A stretch of 64,000 nucleotides of DNA from assembly GCA_951406725.2 (NCBI GenBank), contig OX597831.1, positions 24,242,001 to 24,306,000 on the forward strand, given 5' to 3'. Shown piece by piece: positions 1 to 12,626 of this stretch; position 1 is the first letter of the stretch, and every line of letters begins with the position of its first letter. Below the pieces are notes generated by a model, which worked only from the letters and a program-made list of their open reading frames with translations, made no database searches and was not told where the DNA came from. The position numbers and the translations under genes were made by a program. This DNA comes from Octopus vulgaris (lineage: Eukaryota).

Positions 1-254
1 TATTTCTATATACACTCATACATACATACACATACAAACACGTGTGGGTGTCCATATCTGTATTTGTACATGTACATGTGTGTGTGTGTGTTCATATCTG
101 TGTGTATATGTGCATGCATGTGTGTGTGTGTATCTGTGTCTGTTGTGTACAGCGCTTCCGTGCAAAGGAATCTTGCAGTTCACCAGCCAGGCTGCCAATG
201 TTGGAAATAAACTCTAAACAACATTATGACATAGCTGCACAAATCTTTTTTCTT

Positions 255-470
255 TCAGCTTGCATTAATACAGGCCCTGAAGCTAGAATCAACCATATTG
301 AGGAGAAGGGATATTAGTCTTGAGTGGTCAAATTTGGAAAGCCACAAAAATTTTACAAACACAAACGTTGATACTAGATTGCTTACTGAGTCAAGAAACG
401 GGTAGAAGTTTGTGGCGTTAGGTTTTCTCACACTGCTATTGCCGCAAATTCTTCTCTCTCCATTGTTCAA
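255..470 (-). pseudogene. Possible highly degenerate hAT transposase C-terminal (dimerisation-domain-like) remnant
   Basis: Minus ORF FYPFLDSVSNLVSTFV...SKFDHSRL...DSSFR loosely follows the hAT C-terminal pattern (FY/YPxL...STY...KSKxRSRL...LR). Weak. Confidence 0.3.
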
Positions 471-743
471 TGATGTACTTGTAGTTCATAAATTTAGAGT
501 TTCTGCAAAAGCAGATTAAATAAAAAAAAAATAATGAAAATTCATTGTTTGACTTTAAACCATTGTTTTCAACCAGGGTCAATATGATCCCTGAAGGTCT
601 ATATAAGATTTTGTGAGGTCCACACTAGTGAAATAGTAGATTGGAAATCCAGAGTATTATTTATAAGGGCCCACGAAACAATTTGATTTTAACTGTATGT
701 AATGCAAGAAACAACAAGGATTCTTTATCTAACACCTTATATA

Positions 744-957
744 TATTTCTTTACTACCCACAAGGGACTAAACACAGAGGGGACAAACAAGGACAGACAA
801 AGGGATTAAGTCGATTACATCGACCCCAGTGCATAACTGGTGCTTAATTTATCGACCCCGAAAGGATGAAAGGCAAAGTCAACCTCGGTGGAATTTGAAC
901 TCAGAACGCAACGGCAGTTCGCCCGGCGTGCTAACGTTTCTGCCAGCTCACCGCCTT
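744..957 (-). mobile_element. SINE family B (tRNA-like head, Meta-domain-like core)
   Basis: Core gcctttcatcctttcggggtcgataaa..agtaccag on minus; flanked by a direct repeat of about 20 nt, tctttatctaaca(c/t)cttatata (TSD). Confidence 0.9.
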
Positions 958-1040
958 TCTTTATCTAACATCTTATATAGTCCAAACTCTACAAGTGCAT
1001 GTGTGATTAACAAAGGAGGAATTTTCGAAATACTATTTAA

Positions 1041-1503
1041 CCCTTTCGTTACTGTATTTATTTTCAGATGCTCTGTGTTTCTTTCAATTACTTTAAATAT
1101 AACAAAGAATTTAGTAAAATAACTTAGTTATCGTTCAGCTAGTTTTAGGATCATAAATTGTGACTAAGGATTGGTGGAAGATTTTAATTCAAAACTTATG
1201 AAAACAAGACATTTGTACTCAGAGCCAGAGCAGGTTTCAGCTGGGTTGGTATCGGAAGGGTTAAATTAATCATTTGTTAACCCTTTTGTTATGGTATTTA
1301 TTTTGAGATGCTCTGTGTTTCTTTCAATTGATTTTAAATATAACAAAGAATTTAGTAAAATAATTTAGTTATCACTCAGCAAGTGTTAGGAACACAGAAT
1401 TGTGACTAAGGTTTGATGGAAGATTTTAATTCGAAACTTATGAAAACTAGACTTTTGTACTACAGAGCCAGAGTCGGTTTCAGCCGGGTTGGTAACGAAA
1501 GGG
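1041..1503 (+). mobile_element. Tandem dimer of piggyBac-like MITE family P1 (1041-1260, 1281-1503)
   Basis: Each unit is TTAA|CCCTTT(C/T)GTTA...GTA(T/A)CG(G/A)AAGGG|TTAA; CCC termini with TTAA sites are piggyBac hallmarks. Confidence 0.85.
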
Positions 1504-1661
1504 TTAAATATTGAATGTCTGTGTGGGGTCCACCAGAATAAAATAGTAATTCAGGTGTAGGAGTGGCTATGTGTTAAGTAGCTTCCTTACGAACCACATT
1601 GTTCCGGGTTCTAGGAGAAGTCACAAATTCAACAACACTAGTGCTACAACACATTGATACT

Positions 1662-1895
1662 AAGGTGGTGAGCTGGCAGAAACGTTAGCATGCCGGGCGA
1701 AATGCTTAGCCGTATTTCGTCCGCCGTTATGTTCTGAGTTCAAATTCCGCCGAGGTCGACTTTGCCTTTCATCCTTTCGGGGTCGATAAATAAAGTACCA
1801 GTTACGCACAGGGGTCGATGTAATCGACTTAATCTCTTTGTCTGTCCTTGTTTGTCCCCTCTGTGTTTAGCCCCTTGTGGGTAGTAAAGAAATAG
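1662..1895 (+). mobile_element. SINE family B, full length
   Basis: Head aggtggtgagctggcagaa, B-box-like gagttcaaattcc, shared core and tail ccccttgtgggtagtaaagaaata. Confidence 0.92.
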
Positions 1896-2343
1896 ATACT
1901 GTCTATTTCTGAAATTCATTCCAAAATGGCAACCTAAGGAAAAGCAGAACTTCCATCCATTCAGGAAAACTATGAATAGTTGCAAATGATGATTTCGGTC
2001 AATCAAATTTAATTAATACTCTTGTAACTTCTCCTTTTGCTTCTGGTTAGTCAGAGTTTGGACATGTAAGTTACCTTGGTGCATCTTAACCTGGCACTCT
2101 CATTTATTCTTACCTCTTTTCCTCCTCTCTTTTTATTCTTTCTTGGGCTTTTCTTTGTATATCCAATGAAGGACCATATCTGAAAATTTATTCTACTTTT
2201 ATTCTATAACTGTTACTTCATAACTCTTATCCCGCTTTGTGCACTGATCTGATAACCTAAACAGTGAACATCTCTTGGACTTCTGTCGTTTTTGGATCTG
2301 TTTTTTTTTTTTTTTTATTATTATTTTGTTATACACTCTTTTT

Positions 2344-2564
2344 CTCTCTTTTACATGTTTCAGTCATTTGACTGCGGCCAGGCTGGAGCACCGCCTTTAG
2401 TCGCGCAAATCTACCTCAGGACTTATTCTTTGTAAGCGCAATGCTTACTCTATTGGTCTCTTTTGCCAAACCGCTAAGTTACGGGGATGTAAACATACCA
2501 GCATTGGTTGTTATGCGATGTTGGGGGGACAAACACAGACACGCAAACATAAACACACACGTAC

Positions 2565-2601
<37 letters not shown>

Positions 2602-2774
2602 AACATATCTACGACGGGCTTCTTTCTGTTTCCGTCTACCAAATCCACTCACAAGGCTTTGGTCGGCCTGAAGCTATATAGAAGACACTTGCCCAAGGTG
2701 CCACACAGTGGGACTGAACTCAGAAAAACGTGGTTGGTAAGCAAGCTACTTACCACACAGCCACTCCTACACCT
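2344..2774 (-). mobile_element. SINE family A (tRNA-like head, CORE-like motif, internal TA/CA microsatellite)
   Basis: Matches many other copies in the window; motif gtggcaccttgggcaagtgtctt and gtaaaaga-type tail. Confidence 0.92.
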
Positions 2775-3534
2775 CTATTATATATATTATATAATGTATG
2801 TATGTATTATGTATCTATATATGTATAAACAATTATGTTATAAACTTCATTAGCTTACTGAAGCTTTCAAATATTAATGCATTGCCCCTTTTAGCAGAAA
2901 CAGCTGTAAGCTAATGAAGTCCCTAATATAATTGTTTATTCCTTTGACATCTCAATTTTTCATAAACACACACACACACACACACATGTATTTGTGCAGA
3001 TGCATACATATAAAACAGAATGTACCTGATATAAGTATATTTATGAATCTAGGAAACCCTACTCTCCTATTCCAATTAATCAGACTTACACATTTACACA
3101 TTATTAGGTCTTAATATCAGTAACTCCATCATTAAATTTATACCCATTTTCTACCAGTAAAAAGGAAGGAAATATTAACGATGATAGAAAATTAATTAAA
3201 AATAAAGACGTACTAAATACAGCAATCTGGCTGAACAATACTTTTCTTATGACAATGCACTGAAGAGATGAATGCTGATTAAGATTTTTCAATGATGTCT
3301 CGCTCTCTCTCTCTCCGTATCTATCATTTTTCTTTTTTTTGTACATTGATATAAAAACAGTAACAATGATAATAATTTCTTTTGTCAACAATACTTAAAA
3401 TAAAACACAAAACCACACACACACACACATAAACACCCCAATGAATTTAACAACAGACATATTTCAATCACTCAAGTATTTGTTTTACACAATGTTAACG
3501 AAACTTTGCAATTTCCCTACTTACTTTTCTTTAT

Positions 3535-3536
<2 letters not shown>

Positions 3537-3574
<38 letters not shown>

Positions 3575-3630
3575 CATCATCATTATTATTACTACTACTA
3601 CTACTACTATTATTTTTGTTGTTGTTGTGG
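3537..3630. repeat. Compound (ATT)n/(ATC)n/(ACT)n/(GTT)n microsatellite
   Basis: Directly visible. Confidence 0.95.
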
Positions 3631-3849
3631 TAGTTGATTTATTCTTTGTTTTCTGCTGAATTCCTCCATTTTGTCTTACATATTTGTTGTTTTGTTTTTT
3701 TTTATTTTGTAGATCATTTTCTTTGGTATTCAAATTTACCAAACTCTAATTTCCAGTCTTTTAATGAAGTAAGACAAAACAACAGCTGAGATTTGATTGT
3801 CGAATCAACTGTTGTCTTGCTTCTTCTTTTTTTATTTCACAAAACAATT

Positions 3850-3885
<36 letters not shown>

Positions 3886-4344
3886 TGTTTGTTTGCTTCT
3901 TTTTGTCTTTTTTTTACAAACATTTGAATTGAAAATCTTTGATAGTTTCCTTCTATAATTAAACCCAGTCAATATTGTCTGAGATTGGCTCATAGGCAGC
4001 TACTCTGTAGTCAGGGTCATTTACATTGGGTAGAATAAATATCTAATGATACAATGCTTTCATTTTGTCTGAGAAGGAAACATTTTTTACCAATTTTCAC
4101 TTGAAAAGATTTTCTTCTACCTCATGATTGTAATTCCCAAAATATTAAATGCCCCTTCTTACTATATCATTCAAGCTTATTCACAGTGAGACCACCTCCA
4201 TTGAAAGACTACCCAAAGTTTCCTAAGGCTATTTTTTGACTACATCAGTCATTCAATTTACTCTGTGGACGAAGAATACAGCTATGATTAATCCCAAACT
4301 TCTTACTGCCTTTGACTGTTTAGTATTTAAAGTGGCCAAAGCAG

Positions 4345-4768
4345 CGTGCTCGCAGAAATGTTAGCACATGGGGCAATATGCTAAGCGATATTTCATCTGT
4401 CTTTACATTCTGAGTTCAAATTCCATCGAGGTCGACTTTACCTTTCATATTTTCGGGGTCGATAAATTAACTACCAGTAACGCACTGGGGTCGATGTAAT
4501 TGACTTAATCCTTTTGTCTGTCCTTGTTTGTCCCCTCTGTGTTTAGCTCCTTGTGGGCAATAAAGAAATAGGAAATGTTAGCACGTGGGGCAAAATGCTT
4601 AGCGGTATTTCATCTGTCTTTATATTCTGAGTTCAAATTCTGCCAAGGTTGACTTTGCCTTTCATCCTTTCGGGGTTGATAAATTAAATACCAGTTGCAT
4701 ACTGGGATCGATCTAATTGATTGGCGCCCCTCCCCAAAAAGTTTGGGCCTTGTGCCTAGAGTAAAAAA
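4345..4768 (+). mobile_element. Two tandem SINE B copies with different 3' tails, nested in a P2 MITE remnant (about 4318-4960)
   Basis: First ends tgtgggcaataaagaaata, second ends ggccttgtgcctagagtaaa; agtatttaaa(g/c)tggcca is duplicated on both sides. Confidence 0.85.
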
Positions 4769-5418
4769 CAGTATTTAAACTGGCCATATCTGACCCGAAA
4801 ATACCTCCAGTTTTATGTTCAAACTGGCCAAATCAACCCTGTCACACTTGCCCTGGAATGCATTCTAAAAATAAACAATCACAGCACTAAAATCTTGAAG
4901 CTACAATACAGTGTAATAACGCATGGTTGATTAAAAAACAATGCTAATAAATAAATATTACAAGCAGAATGCATTTAAGACTACACTGTCCAATGTATCC
5001 TTCCCTTAGAGAGTGATAATCAGAAGATTTAGCTGTTATGTCTAACAAATCAAATGACTACATAGTGGCATCTTGCTGGCCCATGCAAAACAATTGGTCA
5101 TATAATTAGTTGGGAAGCATGCCTAGAAAACTTTGTCATTTAGCATATTATCTTCATTAAATATATAATGATAATTTCTGAACACCCTGCCTCACTCCTC
5201 TCATGTAATTTGTATCCTGCCAAGGCAGTCTGGCCCCCTACACTGTTTTGTTTAAATTAACTGCTGGCAACATTTCCATTCCAAATGGAATCCTTCTTTT
5301 GCTTCTTTCTCAGCTTGATCATCAAAATTAGGTATGTTTCCATGAGTCTGTGTGTTCCTGTATATTCATTTATATATATACATAGATGAGATGAGTATAT
5401 ATTGTGCATACATATGCA

Positions 5419-5465
<47 letters not shown>

Positions 5466-5705
5466 ACACATATATATGTATATATATTTATTTATGTATG
5501 TAAGTATGTATATATTTATACATAAACATACATATACAGATAGATATAGATGTATATATATCTATATGTATCTTTTATATATGTATATGTGTATATTCAC
5601 ATGCACACACACACACAATTAAACATATATACACAGATAGATATAGATGTATATATCTATATGTATCATTTTATATGTGTATATTCACATGTCCATATAC
5701 ACACA

Positions 5706-6190
5706 GATGGCTGTGGGGACAAGAACTTTGCTTCCCAGCCTTGGGGTTTTAGGTTCAGACTGAGTTCATAGCACCACCTTGGTCAAGAATATTCTACAAT
5801 TGTCTCAAGCCAACTAAAGCCTTGTGAGTAAATTTCGTTGACAGAAACTTCAACAATCCTATCAGACATAAATATGTGTGTCTCTGTATTTACATTTGCT
5901 GCTTCCAAAATTTCTTTGACATTATTGGCAATGTTTCTGTCACTTCTGTCAACAAACTGTTCACTTGCTTTGTTGCATGAAGGACAATTCAAAACACAAA
6001 AGCATATACAGGCTTCCATCTCTTATTTTCTCTCAAAGATTCTCAGTGACAATAAAATAAGCACCAGGCTTATAGAAGATATGTACATGGGTCAATTCAT
6101 TTGACTGCAATTCTTCAAGAATTCTTCAAGACGTTGCTCCAGTATGGCTGTGGCCTAATGACTGAATCAAACAAAAGATATAAGACAAAC
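5706..6190 (+). mobile_element. Degenerate SINE A with an unrelated insert of about 190 bp
   Basis: Head and tail match family A; 5860-6050 does not. Confidence 0.6.
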
Positions 6191-6360
6191 GATAAAAGAT
6201 AGACAGGGGATAGAGAGAATGCTTTGCAGCTCTTATTTACAGCTCTTTAACCATTTAGCATTTAAATTGGCCAAACCGGATCCAAATATTCTTTATGTTT
6301 TTATATTCAAATTGGCCACATCTAACCTCTCACACCTAGCCTACACTAACATTATAAAAA

Positions 6361-6515
6361 TGTGGTTGTGTGGTAAGTAGCTTGCTTACCAACCACATGG
6401 TTCCGGGTTCAGTCCCACTGTGTAGCACCTTGGGAAGTGTCTTCTATTATAGCCTCAGGCTAACCAAAGCCTTGTGAGTGGATTTGGTAGACGGAAACTG
6501 AAAGAAGCCCATCGC

Positions 6516-6599
<84 letters not shown>

Positions 6600-6887
6600 C
6601 GGGAAGCTTTATGAGAATAGACAAAAGACGAAGGCAGGTTTACAGAAATAAACAATATATATATATATATATATATATATCGCCATGTTGATTCGCTAGT
6701 CTTTGCACGCATTTTTTTTCTCTCCTTCTTTCTGTGTTTTTTTCTCTGTGTATCTTTCTGTTGAAGAGCATAGGCTCGAAACGTTAAAGACTTGTTTTAT
6801 TTATATTTCCTGAGCGCCATACTAATACAATTGTTTGTTTGTATTCCACCTGCCTTCGTCTTTTGTCTAATTTCATAAAGCTTCCCG

Positions 6888-6890
<3 letters not shown>
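6361..6890 (+). mobile_element. SINE A 5' half with a PLE-like hammerhead element (family E1, 6682-6890) and its inverted tail copy (6597-6655) in the (TA)n tract
   Basis: 6597-6649 is the reverse complement of 6848-6890; hammerhead-like tctttCTGTTGAagagcataggctcGAAACGTTaaaga. Confidence 0.75.
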
Positions 6891-6983
<93 letters not shown>

Positions 6984-7587
6984 GAGAAAGTGAAAAGTGG
7001 TAGCCTTTAAATATATAGATAGATGATAAGCAGCTTTATTTATTATAGTATTGATGTGACTAATTCAGAGAATCATTGCTTTCATTATTCACACACCATA
7101 TTATTCACACCATATTATTCACACCTGTAATTTTGGTTCAAATTAAAAGTGTAAAATTTTTTCACTCCAATGGAACCTGGTCGTTGTAGAGCAGTGTATT
7201 TCAAATAACTATAGCTGGTTGTTGAGATAACATAAAAAAATAGGTGAAAGAAAATAAAGTTTATTTGGTAGCAAAGGATCACTGAATCCATTGATAGCCA
7301 TGCAACAAAATTAGCAGCTTAGTTTTCAAATGCATAAGGAACATACGCGCATGCACACACACACATACAAACTCTCTTTTATATACATAGATATATAGGT
7401 ATGTATAGATATATATATATGTATTTGTAGATATATATATACATATATTTATATATACATTTATATACATATAGACATATATATATGTGTGTATATAAAT
7501 ATAAATATATATATATATGTGTGTGTATATCTATCTATATGTGCTTGTGTGTATCCATCCATCCATCCATCTATATATATATATATA

Positions 7588-8035
7588 AAATGGAACTAAA
7601 CCGCAATAGAGGACAATAAAACATTCGGACTGATAGGTGATACAAGGGTGGACAGGAGAAACAACAATTAGATGGACAGGCCAAAAAAGACGGGTCATTT
7701 GTGCTTCTTTCCTCAGTCAAGTTACCAGAAGTCCTTACTGTTTTGGGTAGTTACACTTGAGACAGTTCAATCTGGTTGCCCCCCAAAACGTCTAGGCTAA
7801 AAGCATTAGATTTTTTTTGTAAGAAAGCTAGTGAATTTGTACAGCAACAAAGACAAAAAACAGAGAGCAGGGTACATAATTGCAAATACATACAACAAGA
7901 AAATAACAAAGAGTGTCTTTCAACTGAGAATGAATCAAATTGAGCTGTCATGTATGAAGTGAATGCCTATAGGCAGGAACATAGGAGATGGGCATAAGAG
8001 GTGTTGGCGGTTGGCAATCAGGCTAAGATAGAAAG

Positions 8036-8080
<45 letters not shown>

Positions 8081-8137
8081 TAGAAGTATGAGGTAATTTC
8101 TTCTAATATATAATACCTGTACATCATCTCCAAACCT

Positions 8138-8185
<48 letters not shown>

Positions 8186-8458
8186 CAAAATGGGACAAGA
8201 ACGCAAAACATCCAGACAACTAGGTGATACAAGGAATCTAATGCTCTTAGCTTAGTTTTTCCTTGAGGCTGGCCAGATTGGAGCAATCTCAAGATTAATC
8301 AGCCAAAAGTGCAAGGATGATCCGGTTCTTGACTGAGGACAAACGGCTTCGAATGACCTGTCCTTGTTTCTTGTATCGTCTGTCTGGATGTTTTGTTGTC
8401 CCCTTTTGTATCACCTAGTTGTCCGGATATTTTACATTCTTGTCCCATTTTGTATTTT
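7588..8458. mobile_element. Cluster of (TA)n-inserted PLE-like fragments, one with inverted ends (8181-8232 / 8406-8458)
   Basis: aaatacaaaatgggacaagaa...actaggtgatacaa versus ttgtatcacctagt...ttcttgtcccattttgtatttt; related opposite-strand copy at 7588-7810. Confidence 0.6.
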
Positions 8459-8494
8459 ATATATATATATAGCAGCATATGTACACTTTGTTCT

Positions 8495-8533
<39 letters not shown>

Positions 8534-8587
8534 ATGGATAGACAGATGGATGGATGGATGAATATGCTATATGAGTATATTACATGT

Positions 8588-8955
8588 AGAGGCGCAATGG
8601 CCCAGTGGTTAGGGCAGCGGACTCGCGGTCATAGCATCGCGGTTTCGATTCCCAGACCGGGCGTTGTGAGTGTTTATTGAGCGAAAACACCTAAAAGCTC
8701 CACGAGGCTCCGGCAGGGAATGGTGGTGATCTCTGCTGTACCCTTTCACCACAACTTTCTCTCACTCTTACTTCCTGTTTCTGTTGTACCTGTATTTCAA
8801 GGGGCCGGCCTTGTAACTATATCCCCGAGAACTACGTTAAGGGTGCACATGTCTGTGGAGTGCTCAGCCACTTACACGTTAATTTCACGAGCAGGCTGTT
8901 CCATTGATTTGGATCACCTGGAACCCTCATCGTCGTAACCGACGGAGTGCTTCCC
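8588..8955 (+). mobile_element. SINE family D, tRNA-derived head
   Basis: A box tggcccagtgg, B box gtttcgattcc, then a non-tRNA body; TSD attacatgt on both sides. Confidence 0.85.
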
Positions 8956-9289
8956 ACATTACATGTGAGTTAAGCTGCAACTTTTTAAACCAACTTCTTC
9001 TTCTTTCTTACAAATATTTATTTTTGGGTTCTGTATTAAAATTATTTATATAATTTCTGAAAACTGTATTCCTTATTCTTGGCTAATCAGTCGAGATATG
9101 ACAATAATAGTAGAGCAACAAGATTTAAGATAGCTTCCTATTGTCGTGTCCACTTCAAGAGAATTAGTTTGAAGACAAATGAGAATGTTCTATTAGAAAT
9201 TTGTATTAATAATTATGTTTTAATAACACAGATGGTTGAATTGAAATTACTTGAATTTCATCGGCCAGCATCATTGGTCGGTTAACGAT

Positions 9290-9905
9290 AGAGGCGGGGG
9301 AAGATCTGATTATGATGAAGAAATGCAAGAGGGAGAGGTGAAGGTAAAGGAGAATAAAGAGGAGGAGGAGGAGGAACAGGAGGAGGAACAGGAGGAACAG
9401 GAGGAGGAGAGAGGGGAGGAGGAAAATGACATGGTGATCATGAGGAAATAAGAAAGAGAACAATTTCAGAAAATTAAAGAAAACAACAAAAAAAATTACC
9501 AAAAATAGTGAATGAGTGGTGGGGGTGGGGGGTGGAATAAGAAGAAAAAGAAGAGGATTTTTTTTAAAAATTGAAGAACAAGAAGAAGGATTCAGAAATT
9601 TGAAGAAGATGAAGGAGAATGCAAAAGATTAGCAAAAAGGAAGAATTTGAAAAACTAGAGAGGAGGAAGAGAAAGAAGCAGGAGGAGGAGGAGGAAAAGA
9701 AGAAGAAGAAGAAGAAGAAGAAAAAGAAAAAAAGAACAACAACAAAAACAACAAGTCGTAGTAATAGTGGAAAGTTTAAGAAGATGAGATAAATTTTAAA
9801 AAGTTGAAGAACTGGATCTCTTTAAACAAGAAGGAACAAAATTAGAAATATTGAAGGAGAAATCAGCAGATCGATGTGACACAATCTCAAAAAGAAAAAG
9901 AAGAA
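9290..9905. repeat. Purine-rich low-complexity tract (GAG/GAA/AAC)
   Basis: Directly visible; source of the poly-E ORF. Confidence 0.85.
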
Positions 9906-10199
9906 AAATCCTGTTCACGGTGTAATATGTATGATATTTTCTGTTATATTTTGTCTCATTGTTTAAAAGTAAAAATGAAAAACAACAGCATAAACTAATT
10001 GAAAAAACATAATTTCTCTCTCCTTTCCTTCCTTCCTTCCTGTCCGTCTGTCTGTTCCTCTCACTTGATCTTTCTCAGACTCTCCTTCCTTCTTTCTTTC
10101 TTTCTTTCTTCTTGATGATGACACTTCTCCCCCACAACCCTCAAATTTTGTACAATCTTAGAAGAAAATACCATGATTTAACTTTATCCATATGGTCTT

Positions 10200-10505
<306 letters not shown>

Positions 10506-11247
10506 TACTATGTATTACATTATATTATATCGTATTTGTTTTTATGTTCACTCTACTTGTTTGCTTATTTGATATTATTTGTATTCTTTGTTGTTTTCCC
10601 CTGCTACTACTACCACCACCATCATCACCACTACTACCACCACTGTCATATCCCCTCCCACTGTCAATATCCTTCCCTTCCCCTCTCCGTTCTATCCTCT
10701 CCACTTCTATCATATTTCCTGACAGCATTTTTCCAACAGAATGTCACCTAAGCAATTTCCTTACTTATATAGCTTGAAGTATTGCAAGAAAATTGATTCT
10801 GAAATGAAAATTTACATTGACATATCAATTACAGAGAATATGAGAGAGAGAGAGGGGGGAGGGAGAGAGAGAGGGAGAAAGAGAGAGAGAGAGGAAGATG
10901 TATAAAGGTAGAGAGAGAGAGAGAGGGAGTGATTAGAAAGATGATGTGTAGAGGCAATCGTTTCTTCCTCTCAATTTTTCTCTTACATGAATAAGTAAAA
11001 ATCAATCAATGGTTGAATAGATGCAGTATAGGAAGCGTGGTCAAGCAGTTCAGATCCCCCCTCATCAGCATTGGACTGCACATGGAAACGTTCTCTGCTG
11101 GACACACATACATGCCATGCACTCACATAAAAATACAAATAAATAAGAGGTGATGGACGGGCAGAGGTAATATATCCAGTAATAACCCCTTCTGTATCAA
11201 AAAAAAAGCAAAAACAGAAAAAGAAGAGAAATATTTTTTTTTTACTT

Positions 11248-11993
11248 TAGATCGACCCCACTACGCAACTGGTACTTAATTTGTCAACCCTGAAAGGATG
11301 AAAAGCAAAGTCGACCGTGGCAGAATTTGAACTCAGAACGTAAAGACAGATGAAATACCTATTTCTTTACTACCCACAAGAGGCTAAACACAGAGAGAAC
11401 AAACAAGGACTAAGTCGATTATATCGATCCCAGTGCGTAACTGGTACTTAATTTATCGATCCCGAAAGGATGAAAAGCAAAGCCAACCTTGGTGGAATTT
11501 GAACTCAGAACATAAAGGCAGGTGAAATACCGCTAAGCATTTTGCCCAGCATGCTAACGTTTCTGCCAGTTTGCCCCCTTTAATAATAAGCTTTTCTTCT
11601 CTAGGCACAAGGCCTGAAATTTTGAGGGAGAGGGATCCAGTCGATTAGATTGCCCCCACTATGCAACTGGTACTTAATTTATTGACCCTGAAAGGAGGAA
11701 AAGCAAAGTCGACCTTGGTGGAATTTGAACTCAGAACGTAAAGACTGTTGAAATACTGCTAAGCATTTCACCCAGTGTGCTAACATTTCTGCTTGCTCAC
11801 TGCCTTTAATAATTTTTTCGTCTCTAGGCACAAGGCCTGAAATTGGGGTCGGGGCGGGGGGAAACCAGTCGATTAGATCGACCCCAGTACACAACTGGTA
11901 CTTAATTTGTCAACCTCGAAAAGATGAAAGGCAAAATCGACCTTGGTAGAGTTTGAACTCAGAACATAAAGACAGACGAAATACCGCTAAGCA
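11248..11993 (-). mobile_element. Head-to-tail array of 4-5 SINE B units with mixed tails
   Basis: The core gaaaggatgaaa(a/g)gcaaag...gaatttgaactcagaac recurs near 11292, 11464, 11690 and 11918. Confidence 0.9.
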
Positions 11994-12057
11994 TATATAT
12001 AATATATATGTGTGTGTGTAATATATATTATATGGCTATCATATAATGTAATATATA

Positions 12058-12092
<35 letters not shown>

Positions 12093-12344
12093 ATGATATA
12101 TGAAAAATACATATAATACTTAACAATAAATGTATGCCAGTATGCCTTAACCCTGAATGTAAGTGTTTGGAAAATTTAAGAATAAAAGCATTCACACACA
12201 AATACCCACTCAACATAAAACACTCTATACATAAATATTTTGTGCAAAGGTTAGTGACATTCTGTAAATGAAAGGAAATTTTTTAAGCAGATAACTTTTA
12301 AAAACTCTTTTCCTGTTTATTGTAACTGTATCAAATACAAAAGG

Positions 12345-12382
<38 letters not shown>

Positions 12383-12387
<5 letters not shown>

Positions 12388-12598
12388 ATCCAAACATGAA
12401 AACACAAAGAGAAAACACAACAACGCAAGGACGTGGAATAAATATAGTATTATTGGCCGCTGAGGAAGGAAGGGAAGAAGAAGGGTATAACGTTTCGAGC
12501 GGAGCTCTTCGTCGGAAACATAGGAGAAGGAAAGATCCAGAGAAGGGAAGACAGAGGGAAAAAAATCGCCAACGGTACACACGAGGTCACATTTTGAA
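12383..12598 (-). mobile_element. PLE-like hammerhead element family E2 in (TA)n
   Basis: Reverse-complement homologue of 45580-45785; core CCGACGAagagctccgctcGAAACGTT. Confidence 0.7.
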
Positions 12599-12626
12599 TA
12601 TATATATATACATATATATATATATA

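Larger units (their letters stand above)
561..1550. mobile_element. Old hAT/Charlie-type MITE, interrupted by a SINE and a piggyBac-like MITE dimer
   Basis: Start cattgttttcaaccagggtc and inner ggggtccac...aaaatagt resemble the more intact copy at 35621-35837. Confidence 0.5.

Noticed and set aside
259-405. Possible + strand exon after tttctttcag
   Set aside because: No recognisable protein and no good donor; better explained as a transposon remnant.
3774-3794. miR-216-like AATCTCAGCTG on minus
   Set aside because: Only the 5' half is similar and the hairpin wobbles favour the + strand; no gene name assigned.
8588-8662. tRNA gene
   Set aside because: A and B boxes present, but no proper acceptor stem or poly-T terminator; it continues into a SINE body.
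9251-9451. Acidic poly-E ORF
   Set aside because: Purine-rich low complexity, stops nearby, no convincing splice sites.
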